Shown in pieces: positions 40,008-48,405 of a stretch of 64,000 nt of DNA (position 1 is its first letter; each line of letters opens with the position of its first letter). The notes under the pieces are model-generated. The model saw nothing but the letters and a program-made list of their open reading frames with translations, made no database searches and was not told where the DNA came from. This DNA comes from an uncultured Chloroflexia bacterium (GTDB lineage: Bacteria > Chloroflexota > Limnocylindria > Limnocylindrales > CSP1-4): the NCBI GenBank assembly GCA_963819655.1, contig CAWFXA010000003.1, positions 224,001-288,000 on the forward strand. The letters run 5' to 3'. The position numbers and the translations under genes are program-made.

Positions 40008-41687
40008 ATGACGCATGAGGCCGGCGCACGCGACCGTCGCCCCGCCCCGGTCACCGGAGCCGCCTTCGGGGACGACTGGTGGCGGAACGGGATCATCTAC
40101 CAGATCTATCCGCGCAGCTTCGCCGATAGCGACGGCGACGGGCTGGGTGACCTGCCCGGCATCATCGCCAAACTGGACTACCTGACGGACCTCGGGGTCG
40201 ACGCCCTGTGGCTCTCGCCGATCTACCCGTCACCGGGTCTCGACGTCGGCTACGACGTCAGCGACCACACGACGGTGGACACGATCTTCGGGGGCGACGC
40301 AGCCTTCGACCGGCTCGTCGACGAAGCTCACCGGCGGGGCATCCGGGTGATCCTCGACCTGGTCATGAACCACACCAGCGACCAGCATGCGTGGTTCCAG
40401 GCCAGCCGAGCGTCGCGCGACGGCCCGTACGCCGACTGGTACCTGTGGATGGACCCGGCCGGTGAGGACGCGGACGGCTGGCCGCTCCCGCCCAACAATT
40501 GGTTGTCGTGGTTTGGTGGGTCGGCGTGGCAATGGGACGGTCCACGTCAGCAGTTCTACATGCACACCTTCCTGGTCCAGCAGCCCGAGCTCAACTGGCG
40601 CAATCCGGCGGTCGAGGCAGCCCAGTTCGCAATGGTGCGCGGCTGGCTGGACCGCGGGGTCGACGGCTTCCGACTCGACGTGTTCAACGCGTTCCTGAAG
40701 CACCCGGAGCTGCTGGCAAACCCCGAGATCGAAGGCGCGACGCTGTGGGCGCGCCAGCAGCACCTGTACGACCGCGACCAGCCCGACTTCCCGGACCTGA
40801 TCGGCCGTTTCCGGGCCATCGTCGACGAGAGGCCGGGCCGGATGTCGGTCGGCGAGCTGTTCGCTAGCGAAGCCGAGCGCGCCGTCATCCTCACGACCGA
40901 CCGCCACATGGTGTTCGACTGGGCGCTGCTCGCGGCGCCGTGGTCCGCCGAGGCGTACAGCGACGCGATCTGGCTGCGCGAGACGATGTTCGGTGACGAG
41001 CGCTGGCTCGCCAACGTGTTGTCCAACCACGATCAGGCGCGACAGGCCTCGCGCCTCGCCGACTCGGCCGGGATCGCCGATACGGACGCGGTCGCTCGGG
41101 CGGCCGCCGTCGTGCTCCTCACGATCCGCGGCACACCGTTCATGTACTACGGCGAGGAGATCGGGCTGCGCGACGTCGCCATCCCGGTCGACGAGATCAT
41201 CGACCCGCCCGCCCGACGGGCGCTCGTCGACCCCGACTTCGAGTGGTGGAACCGCGATCAGTGCCGCTCGCCGATGCCGTGGACCGGCGAGGCGGGTCGC
41301 GGCTTCACGACCGGCCGGCCGTGGCTCCGCTTCGGTGACGATGCCGCCGATCGCAATGTGGCCACCGAGACGAGTGATCCGGATTCGGTCCTGTCGACCT
41401 ACCGGCGTCTGATCGCCCTCAGGCGGTCGCACGAGGCGCTCCGGACGGGCACCCTCCGTCTGGCCCAGACCGGGTCACCGGACGTCCTTGCGTGGCACCG
41501 GGAGGCCCCAGGCGAGCGGCTCCTGATCGTCGCCAACTTCGCCCACGCGCCACGCGCCACGCCGCTCCCGGATGAGGACGCGAGCTATCGGGCCATCGGT
41601 GGGTCCCATGCCCACCCGACGGCGCCGGCCGTCGACGGCTCGATATCGCTCCGTCCACTCGAGGCTGTCGTCCTCCGCGCCGACTGA
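40008..41687 (+). CDS. GH13 alpha-glucosidase
   Basis: YQIYPRSFADS, DLVMNHTS, GVDGFRLDV, VGE, SNHD and YYGEEIG. Confidence 0.93.
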   Translation: MTHEAGARDRRPAPVTGAAFGDDWWRNGIIYQIYPRSFADSDGDGLGDLPGIIAKLDYLTDLGVDALWLSPIYPSPGLDVGYDVSDHTTVDTIFGGDAAFDRLVDEAHRRGIRVILDLVMNHTSDQHAWFQASRASRDGPYADWYLWMDPAGEDADGWPLPPNNWLSWFGGSAWQWDGPRQQFYMHTFLVQQPELNWRNPAVEAAQFAMVRGWLDRGVDGFRLDVFNAFLKHPELLANPEIEGATLWARQQHLYDRDQPDFPDLIGRFRAIVDERPGRMSVGELFASEAERAVILTTDRHMVFDWALLAAPWSAEAYSDAIWLRETMFGDERWLANVLSNHDQARQASRLADSAGIADTDAVARAAAVVLLTIRGTPFMYYGEEIGLRDVAIPVDEIIDPPARRALVDPDFEWWNRDQCRSPMPWTGEAGRGFTTGRPWLRFGDDAADRNVATETSDPDSVLSTYRRLIALRRSHEALRTGTLRLAQTGSPDVLAWHREAPGERLLIVANFAHAPRATPLPDEDASYRAIGGSHAHPTAPAVDGSISLRPLEAVVLRAD

Positions 41688-41756
41688 GGCGGCCGCCGCA
41701 CGCTGCTACGATTACCCGACGCCGCCGTTCGACGACGAGCCCCGGGGAGGACATTG

Positions 41757-42515
41757 GTGCCGCTCGATTTCCTGAAGCGCAAGAACGTTCCGGAGCCAGG
41801 CGCCCCGCAACCCGCGACGCAGGGGCACACGGGCTCGCTCGTCATGCCCGAGGAGGTCGTCGCCCAGGACTTCCAGCTGAAGCTGTACTACGCCGGGAAG
41901 ACCAGCGAGGGCGTTCGGATGAAGGCCGGTCCGCAGGCGATGGCCGAGCTGCCGTCGATGCTGGTCGGGCTGGCCAAGGCCGAGATCGAGGCCGTCGAGC
42001 CGCTGCCGATCGAGTTCAGCCAGGCCACCCCGACGATCGCCCGCCCGTCCGAGGCGATGCAGTGGCTCAACGCGCACCACATCCACTCGCCGATCACCCG
42101 CCACGCGCTCGTCGTGTTGGAGTCGGTCGACGCGGTCGACCTGGCCTTCGACACGTTCGTGTGCTCGTTGCTCGACGGCGAGATCGACACGAGCGGCTAC
42201 CCGGAGTACAACGCGGTCGTCGGCGGTGTCGCTGCCCACTGGGACGAGGCGACCGGCGACATGATCTGCCGCGCCGTCGTCGGCTGGGGCGGTCGCGGTG
42301 TCCGCGGAGATACGGACCGGATCGGCAACAAGCTGCTCGCCGGGATCCTGACGAACATCCTGGCCAACCAGCATGCGGTCGGGTTGACCGCGATCGAACG
42401 ACCTGTGCCGGCCGCTGGCCGTGGCGGTCTCGTCTGCGCCCATTGCGGGTTCGCGTCGGCTCACGAGCGTGCCTTCTACTGCCCGAAGTGCGGCATGCGC
42501 CTCCTCCGCGGCTGA
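41757..42515 (+). CDS. hypothetical protein with C-terminal double zinc ribbon
   Basis: GGAGGA SD with start at TTG 41754 or GTG 41757; CAHCG...YCPKCG at the C-terminus; GC3-rich codons. Confidence 0.75.
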   Translation: MPLDFLKRKNVPEPGAPQPATQGHTGSLVMPEEVVAQDFQLKLYYAGKTSEGVRMKAGPQAMAELPSMLVGLAKAEIEAVEPLPIEFSQATPTIARPSEAMQWLNAHHIHSPITRHALVVLESVDAVDLAFDTFVCSLLDGEIDTSGYPEYNAVVGGVAAHWDEATGDMICRAVVGWGGRGVRGDTDRIGNKLLAGILTNILANQHAVGLTAIERPVPAAGRGGLVCAHCGFASAHERAFYCPKCGMRLLRG

Positions 42516-42530
42516 CCGTCCCGCCCGGAG

Positions 42531-42863
42531 ATGCCTCTCTACGACTACGACTGTGCCGCGTGCGGGCGACGGTTCGAGGTGATCCACGGCGTGCACGAGG
42601 ATTCGCCGGCTTCGTGCCCCTTGTGCGGGTCGGGCCCGGTCCGCAAGGCGATCAGCGCTCCCGCGTTCCATTTCAAGGGCTCTGGCTGGGCCAAGAAGGA
42701 GCGCCGGCCGGCGCCGTCATCGACCGGTTCGTCCACGGACGGGGCAGATGGTGGGTCGTCGCCCACCGAGGACGCAGCCGCCCCCGCGAAGAGCGATCCA
42801 GCCTCGACCTCGCCATCGACGGCATCGAAGACGACTCCGTCGTCGACGACGACCACCGACTGA
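42531..42863 (+). CDS. FmdB family zinc-ribbon protein
   Basis: MPLYDYDCAACG...CPLCG...FKGSGW, followed by a Ser/Thr-rich tail. Confidence 0.9.
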   Translation: MPLYDYDCAACGRRFEVIHGVHEDSPASCPLCGSGPVRKAISAPAFHFKGSGWAKKERRPAPSSTGSSTDGADGGSSPTEDAAAPAKSDPASTSPSTASKTTPSSTTTTD

Positions 42864-42867
42864 TCCG

Positions 42868-43107
42868 ATGCCGTCGGGCGCGGACTGGATCACGCTGACC
42901 GAGGCTCAAGCGATCCTGGCCGCCGCCAACGTCCACTTCACGACATCGACGATCGGCGGCTGGGCCCGGGACGGCAAGCTGCAGAGCATCAAGCTCGGTG
43001 GTCGCAGGTTCGTGCGGCGTGGCGAGATCCGGAAACTGATCTCCGCGCCAAGGCGGGTCCCGGCGGACGCGGTCCAGCCCGCCCTCTTCGAGGACTGGCG
43101 CGACTAA
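42868..43107 (+). CDS. small excisionase/BldC-like helix-turn-helix protein
   Basis: WITLTEAQAIL...TIGGWARDGKLQSIKLGGRRFVRR matches the HTH_17 pattern; ATG lies 4 nt after the upstream stop. Confidence 0.75.
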   Translation: MPSGADWITLTEAQAILAAANVHFTTSTIGGWARDGKLQSIKLGGRRFVRRGEIRKLISAPRRVPADAVQPALFEDWRD

Positions 43108-43118
43108 GCGCGCGATCG

Positions 43119-44042
43119 ATGGATCCCGCCAAGATCCTGGAGAAGGTCCTCGATGAGCCGCGGGTGGCGGAGGTCCGACGGGTCCTGGACGTCTATGGCC
43201 GAGCGCCCGGCGGTCTCCTGGCGAACGGTCTCGCGTTCTCGGCTCTCTTCGCGGTCGTTCCGATCGCACTGGTCACGCTCGGCGTGGCCGGCCTTCTCGT
43301 CGACAACCCGGCCGTGCAGGAGCAGCTCGCCCAGGCGCTCGGTGAGGTCGTGCCGCCCCTGGCCGAGCTGATCGACCAGGCCCTTGTCGCCATGGCTCAG
43401 GGCGCCGCAGTCACATCGATCATCGGCGTGCTCGGGCTGATCTGGACGGTCAGCCAGTTCTACGTGACCCTCGATGTGGCCTTCTCGCGGATCTTCACCG
43501 ATCGACCGGAGCGGGATGTGCTGCGCCGGACGGCCCGCGGCTTCGTCTGGGTGGCCGGGCTCGTCGGGGTCGTCGTCGCGCTGATCGTCGGGGGGTCGCT
43601 GGCGGCGGCAGCGGAGGCATTGCTTCCGACGACGACCACGGCGCTCACCGCGATCGGTCGCGTCGTCACATCGCCGCCGGTCGTGATCCTGGTGACAGTC
43701 GGCGTGGTCCTTGTCGTCTATACCATCGTCCCGCCGCGGTCGCCGTCTCTGCGCTCGGCTGCGGTCCCTGCGATCGTGGCAGGGCTCGGGGTCTATCTGC
43801 TGGGCCAGGTGTTCCTGTTCGTCGCCCCGCGGATCGTCGGGGTCGCCGCGCTGGCGGGTTCATTGGCCACGGCGTTCATCGCGCTCGCGTGGCTGTCGTT
43901 GTCGTTCCAGATCCTGCTTCTCGGAGCGAGTTGGGTGCGGGTCCGGGACGACGCGGAGACCGGGGCCGGGGAGTCTGCCGAGGAGGAGTCAGCCCTGTTG
44001 GGTCCCGCAGCGCCGGCAGAACCGGGCATTGGCGGAGAGTGA
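43119..44042 (+). CDS. YihY/BrkB family membrane protein
   Basis: LANGLAFSALFAVVP, six or more TM helices, and GSLATAFIALAWLSLSFQILLLGA. Confidence 0.85.
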   Translation: MDPAKILEKVLDEPRVAEVRRVLDVYGRAPGGLLANGLAFSALFAVVPIALVTLGVAGLLVDNPAVQEQLAQALGEVVPPLAELIDQALVAMAQGAAVTSIIGVLGLIWTVSQFYVTLDVAFSRIFTDRPERDVLRRTARGFVWVAGLVGVVVALIVGGSLAAAAEALLPTTTTALTAIGRVVTSPPVVILVTVGVVLVVYTIVPPRSPSLRSAAVPAIVAGLGVYLLGQVFLFVAPRIVGVAALAGSLATAFIALAWLSLSFQILLLGASWVRVRDDAETGAGESAEEESALLGPAAPAEPGIGGE

Positions 44043-45518
44043 CAGCCCGCAACTGACGCACGGTTGCACGCCGCCCATGATCTTGGGGCTCGCGCTGGGT
44101 CCGACGGTGGCGACCTCGCGCGCCGATTCGGCCCAGAGCGCTTCCATCCCGCCGCTCGCTGCGGCCGGACGCCCGAGGAACGGGAGACCGTCCGCTGACG
44201 GTGGGCGCGGCCACTCCGGCTGCGCGGGCCATTGTGGTTCGGCGCTGGCCGCGATCGTGTCCGGCGGTGCGCTCGGCGCCTGAGGGGTCGACCCGGGGAT
44301 CTGATCGGAGGCCGGCGGTTCGGGGGCGACGATCTGCCACGTCGGCTGGAACACGAGGTCGTCGCGCGGCTCACCCTCAGCGGCAGCGGCAGCGGCAGCG
44401 GCTGCGGCGGCTGCTTCCTCGTCGGCTCTGGCTTGTGCGGCGGCCGCCTCGGCCGCCTGCTGGGCCCTGGCCTGGGCGGCTGCGGCGTCGGCCGCTTCCT
44501 GGGCCCGGGCGGCGAACGCTGCGGCTGCGGCGGCTTCCTGGGCCTTGGCCTGAGCGGCTGCGACTTCGGCCGCCTCCTGGGCCCTCATCTGAGCGGCCGC
44601 TTCGCCCTCGGCTCGTGCCTGGGCCGCGGCCGCGGCTTCCTCGGCCTCGGCCTGTGCAGCGGCCGCCTCGGCCGCAGCGGCCATCGCCGCGCCGGCAGCT
44701 GCCGCCCGCTCCCGCTCGTACGCGGCCAGCTCGGCTTCGATGTCGTCCCCTGGTCGGAAACGATGGAGCAGATCGGTCGTGTTGGCCGCTGCCGCCGCGA
44801 CGAGGTCGGTGGCGTCCGTGTCGGTGGGCGGGGCGGTGGTTGGCATCTCGACTTCTGCCTGCGCCGCGACCGGTGCCTCGTCCATGGCCTCGACCGCGAG
44901 CTCGTCGAGCGGCGCCGCGTCGACCGGCCCGGAGACCGCCTCCAGGCGGGCGGCAGCATCGATCGCTTCCTGGAACGAGCTGGGGCCGTCGCCCGCCAGC
45001 TCCTGCTCGGGCATCAGATCCGATGTCGGCCAGGCCATCGGCTCTGGCTCTGGCCAGGCCATCGGCTCCGCGGGCGCCGGGGCCTGAGCCTGTTGGTCAT
45101 GCCCGTTGTGGTCGTTGAGACCGACCGCCTCGCTATCGGTGAGGGCGATCGCGCCCCCCGCCCCGATGTTGGAGAAGGGCGCGGGCAGGATCTCGTGACC
45201 GAGGTGCGGGGCACAGGACAGGCAGCGCCCGTCCGCCTCGTTCCAGCAGTTGCCGCACGTGTACTGACGGCAGCTCATGCAGAAGTTGAACGTCTTGTGG
45301 AACGCGTCCAGCTGCTGGGCGGTCTGCTGGCGATCGGTCTCGTTGCGCGCGGCCGCCATCGCCTCGTCCATCGAGGTGTCGTCCGACAGGACGAAGTTCT
45401 TGAGGCCGCGCGACATCACCTTGAGGCCCTTGAGCCGGGGCCCTCGCGGGGTCGCGGATTCGAACGTGTACCGCGTGCCGCAGCGTTCGCAGAATGATTC
45501 GGTCAGGATCTCCGGCAT
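43989..45518 (-). CDS. hypothetical Cys-rich/zinc-ribbon protein with Ala/Gln/Glu-rich repeat linker
   Basis: N-terminal CERC, CMSC, CGNC and CLSC; C-terminal CVSCG...CRRCG. Overlaps the 3' end of yihY by 54 nt. Confidence 0.8.
   Translation of the reverse strand: MPEILTESFCERCGTRYTFESATPRGPRLKGLKVMSRGLKNFVLSDDTSMDEAMAAARNETDRQQTAQQLDAFHKTFNFCMSCRQYTCGNCWNEADGRCLSCAPHLGHEILPAPFSNIGAGGAIALTDSEAVGLNDHNGHDQQAQAPAPAEPMAWPEPEPMAWPTSDLMPEQELAGDGPSSFQEAIDAAARLEAVSGPVDAAPLDELAVEAMDEAPVAAQAEVEMPTTAPPTDTDATDLVAAAAANTTDLLHRFRPGDDIEAELAAYERERAAAAGAAMAAAAEAAAAQAEAEEAAAAAQARAEGEAAAQMRAQEAAEVAAAQAKAQEAAAAAAFAARAQEAADAAAAQARAQQAAEAAAAQARADEEAAAAAAAAAAAAEGEPRDDLVFQPTWQIVAPEPPASDQIPGSTPQAPSAPPDTIAASAEPQWPAQPEWPRPPSADGLPFLGRPAAASGGMEALWAESAREVATVGPSASPKIMGGVQPCVSCGLSLSANARFCRRCGTQQG
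44380..44705 (-). repeat. intragenic degenerate tandem repeats encoding AAAQA(R/K)AQEAA units
   Basis: Seven or so imperfect units visible in the translation, plus a (GCGGCA)n run at about 44380-44400. A separate 17-bp direct repeat at 45028 and 45052 encodes EPMAWP twice. Confidence 0.75.
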
Positions 45519-45692
45519 CGAGTCCCCGGGATGTACGTGGACGAGTTCGGACAGCAGGCGTCGAACAGGGGCGAGAGTATAGCGCAGGGCCCTCGCCGCC
45601 CCTCGGCCGGGGGTACTCCATCGAGCGCGCGGATGGTCCGGTCCGGTGACGATGGGGGTCCCCCGGGACCCTCTGCTAGTCTGCGACCGACC

Positions 45693-46538
45693 ATGCCGCC
45701 GTTCGCCGCCATCGAGCGGTTCTTCGAGCGCCTCTTCGAGCGTCCCTCAGCACGTCTCTTTCGCGCACGATTGCAGCCCGTGCAACTCCAACGCCGCATC
45801 GAGCGCGCAATGGAATCGGAGCGCCTGGCCACCGCCGACCGCACGCTCGTCCCGAACCGGTTCGTCGTGCACCTCAACCCGACCGATCTCGAGGGCTTCG
45901 GGGACATGACCGCGTCCCTGGCCTCGGAGCTGGCCGACGGGGCATTGGTCTTCGCTCGGGCCAGGCACTACACGCTCGTCGACCGGCCACGGGTGACGCT
46001 GTTCGCCGACGGCGCCGTCCAGCGTGCCGACATCCGCGTGATCGCCCGCTTCGCCGATCCGATCGCGGGTCAGCAGCGACCGGCGAGCCCGGTTGCCGAC
46101 GATGAGCTCGACGACCGCTCGACGCGCGCGGGTGGCCGCGCCCGCTCAGAGATGGCCGACCTCCAGCCCGCGGCCGACGGCAACGTCGCTGTCCACGGCG
46201 ACACGATGGTGTTCACGGTGCCGCGTCCAAGCGCCCCGGCCGCACGCCTGCGGATCATCGGCCGCGAGGGCGACGAGCACGTCCACGTCTTCGACGGGTC
46301 GGGGCTGACGATCGGCCGGGCTGCGGACAACGATCTGGTCCTCGCCGACAGCCGCGTCTCGCGCCACCACGCCCGGATCGCCGGCCGTCGTGGCACCCTC
46401 GTGTATGCGGACCTGGGCAGCACCAACGGATCGCGCGTGAACGGCGTGCAGGTCGGCGAACTCGTGCTCGGGGCAGGCGATCGGATCGAAGTCGGGGACA
46501 CGGTGATCGTGGTCGAGGTCGCCGGGGACATCCCCTGA
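45693..46538 (+). CDS. fhaA: FhaA-like protein (DUF3662 plus FHA domain)
   Basis: LQPVQL..IERAME, LVPNRFVVHL; FHA motifs IGR, VSRHHA and DLGSTNG. Confidence 0.88.
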   Translation: MPPFAAIERFFERLFERPSARLFRARLQPVQLQRRIERAMESERLATADRTLVPNRFVVHLNPTDLEGFGDMTASLASELADGALVFARARHYTLVDRPRVTLFADGAVQRADIRVIARFADPIAGQQRPASPVADDELDDRSTRAGGRARSEMADLQPAADGNVAVHGDTMVFTVPRPSAPAARLRIIGREGDEHVHVFDGSGLTIGRAADNDLVLADSRVSRHHARIAGRRGTLVYADLGSTNGSRVNGVQVGELVLGAGDRIEVGDTVIVVEVAGDIP

Positions 46539-46978
46539 TGGACGGCCTGCTGCTCATCGTCTGGGTCGTCCGGCTCGCGTTCCTCGCACTGCTGTACCTC
46601 TTCCTGGCGCGCGTCGTGCGCTCGCTGCTGCGCGACCTCCGCGCGGCTGCCCGAGAGCCGGGTGCGTCGCTCGGGCGGTTGGTCGTCCTCGAATCGCCGG
46701 GCGGCGACCCGGAGGCCGGGCGCTCGTTCGGCCTGGACGCGATCACGACGCTGGGTCGCGACGTCAACAACGCGATCGTCGTCGAGGACCCATTCGCGTC
46801 CGGTGAGCACGCGGTGCTGACGTACCGTGGCCGAAGCTGGTACGTGGAAGACCTCGGCAGCACGAACGGGACGTTCGTGAATGGGCGCGCGGTCGCGTCG
46901 GTGGCGCCGCTCGGCTTCGGTGACGAGGTCTCGATCGGTCAGGTGCGCATGCGGCTCGAGCGGGCGCGCCCGTCGTGA
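46538..46978 (+). CDS. fhaB: FhaB/FipA-like membrane-anchored FHA protein
   Basis: N-terminal TM RLAFLALLYLFL; LGR, SGEHA and EDLGSTNGTFVNG. Confidence 0.85.
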   Translation: MDGLLLIVWVVRLAFLALLYLFLARVVRSLLRDLRAAAREPGASLGRLVVLESPGGDPEAGRSFGLDAITTLGRDVNNAIVVEDPFASGEHAVLTYRGRSWYVEDLGSTNGTFVNGRAVASVAPLGFGDEVSIGQVRMRLERARPS

Positions 46979-48405
46979 CCGGCGCGAGCCGGCCCGCGGC
47001 TCGCCTCGAGCTGCCGCCCATCCTCGGCGCGATCCGACCGCGCGCCAGGTGGACCGAGACACGTCTCCTCGCGATCGCGGCCGTGGCCCTCGTCGTCGGC
47101 AGCATCTCCCTGAGCGCGGGGATGACCGGCCGGCTCGCGCTGTACGCGCCGCAGGGGCTGGCGATCTATCTGGTCGCGCTGGGGTTGGCGCATCTCGCGC
47201 AGGTCCTCGCCGGCCGGCGATCGGACGAGGTGTTGCTGCCTGTCGTGGGTCTGCTCGGCGGCATCTCCCTGCTGCTCATGCAGCGCCTGCCACAGGAGCT
47301 GGTCACGATGGAGCTCGGCGGGCTGGTCCTCGGGCTCGGCGACACGCAGCTGCTGTGGCTGGTGCTCGCGATCGGCGTTGCCACGACGCTCGGCATCGTC
47401 GTGCGCTCGGACAGCTGGCTGCGCCGCTACAAGTACACCTGGGCCGCGGCCGGCATCGCGCTGCTGCTGCTGACGTTCGTCTTCGGGTCCGACGTCGCCG
47501 GGCAGCGCCTCACGCTCCGGCTCGGGCCGTTCAGCGGCCAGCCCTCCGAGCTCCTCAAGGTCATCCTCGTCGTGTTCCTGGCGGGCTACCTCTCCGAGAA
47601 CCGGCCGCTGCTCATCGAACAGGACACGCGCCTCGGGCCGCTCCGCCTGCCGCCATTGCCGTACCTCGCCCCGATGGTCGCGATGTGGGCGATCGCCCTC
47701 GGCATCGTCGTCGTCCAGCGCGACCTGGGCGCCGCGCTGCTGTTCTACGCCGTGTTCCTCGCTCTGGTCTACGCGGCCACGGGCCGACTCAGCCTCGTCG
47801 TCATCGGGTCGATCCTGTTCTTCCTCGGGAGCGCCGTCATGGCGAACCTGTTCGACCATGTCCGCGCGCGGATCGATATCTGGGTCGACCCGTTCGCCGA
47901 CCCGCTCGGTGCCGGGTATCAGGTCGTCCAGTCGCTCCATGCCTTCGCCCGCGGCGGGCTGCTCGGGACCGGTCTCGGCGAGGGTCTGCCGATGGTCGGC
48001 GGGCGGCTGCCGATCCCCGAGGTCCACACCGACTTCCCGCTCGCGGCGCTCGGTGAGGAGCTGGGGCTGGTGGGCGTGATCGCGATCCTCGGGCTGTTCT
48101 TCGTGCTCATCGAACGCGGTCTGCGGATCGGCGCTGCGGCCGCGGACGACTTCCGAGCGATCCTCGCGACCGGCCTCGCCCTGGTCATCGGCGTCCAGGC
48201 GTTCATCATCGCGGGCGGCAACCTCAAGGTCCTCCCGCTGACCGGGGTGACATTGCCGTTCATCAGCTACGGCGGTTCGTCGCTGCTCGTGAACGCCATC
48301 GTCGTGGGCCTGCTGCTCGCCCTGTCCGACAAGGGGGTCGAGCCGCCCCCGCCCCCGACCGGCGTCCGTCGCTGGCGTGATCGGCTCCGCAGACGGGCTG
48401 CCTGA
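46975..48405 (+). CDS. rodA: SEDS family peptidoglycan glycosyltransferase (RodA/FtsW)
   Basis: QPSELLK, QRDLG, GYQVVQS, GLGEG, PEVHTDF and PLTGVTLPFISYGGSS. Confidence 0.93.
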   Translation: MTGASRPAARLELPPILGAIRPRARWTETRLLAIAAVALVVGSISLSAGMTGRLALYAPQGLAIYLVALGLAHLAQVLAGRRSDEVLLPVVGLLGGISLLLMQRLPQELVTMELGGLVLGLGDTQLLWLVLAIGVATTLGIVVRSDSWLRRYKYTWAAAGIALLLLTFVFGSDVAGQRLTLRLGPFSGQPSELLKVILVVFLAGYLSENRPLLIEQDTRLGPLRLPPLPYLAPMVAMWAIALGIVVVQRDLGAALLFYAVFLALVYAATGRLSLVVIGSILFFLGSAVMANLFDHVRARIDIWVDPFADPLGAGYQVVQSLHAFARGGLLGTGLGEGLPMVGGRLPIPEVHTDFPLAALGEELGLVGVIAILGLFFVLIERGLRIGAAAADDFRAILATGLALVIGVQAFIIAGGNLKVLPLTGVTLPFISYGGSSLLVNAIVVGLLLALSDKGVEPPPPPTGVRRWRDRLRRRAA

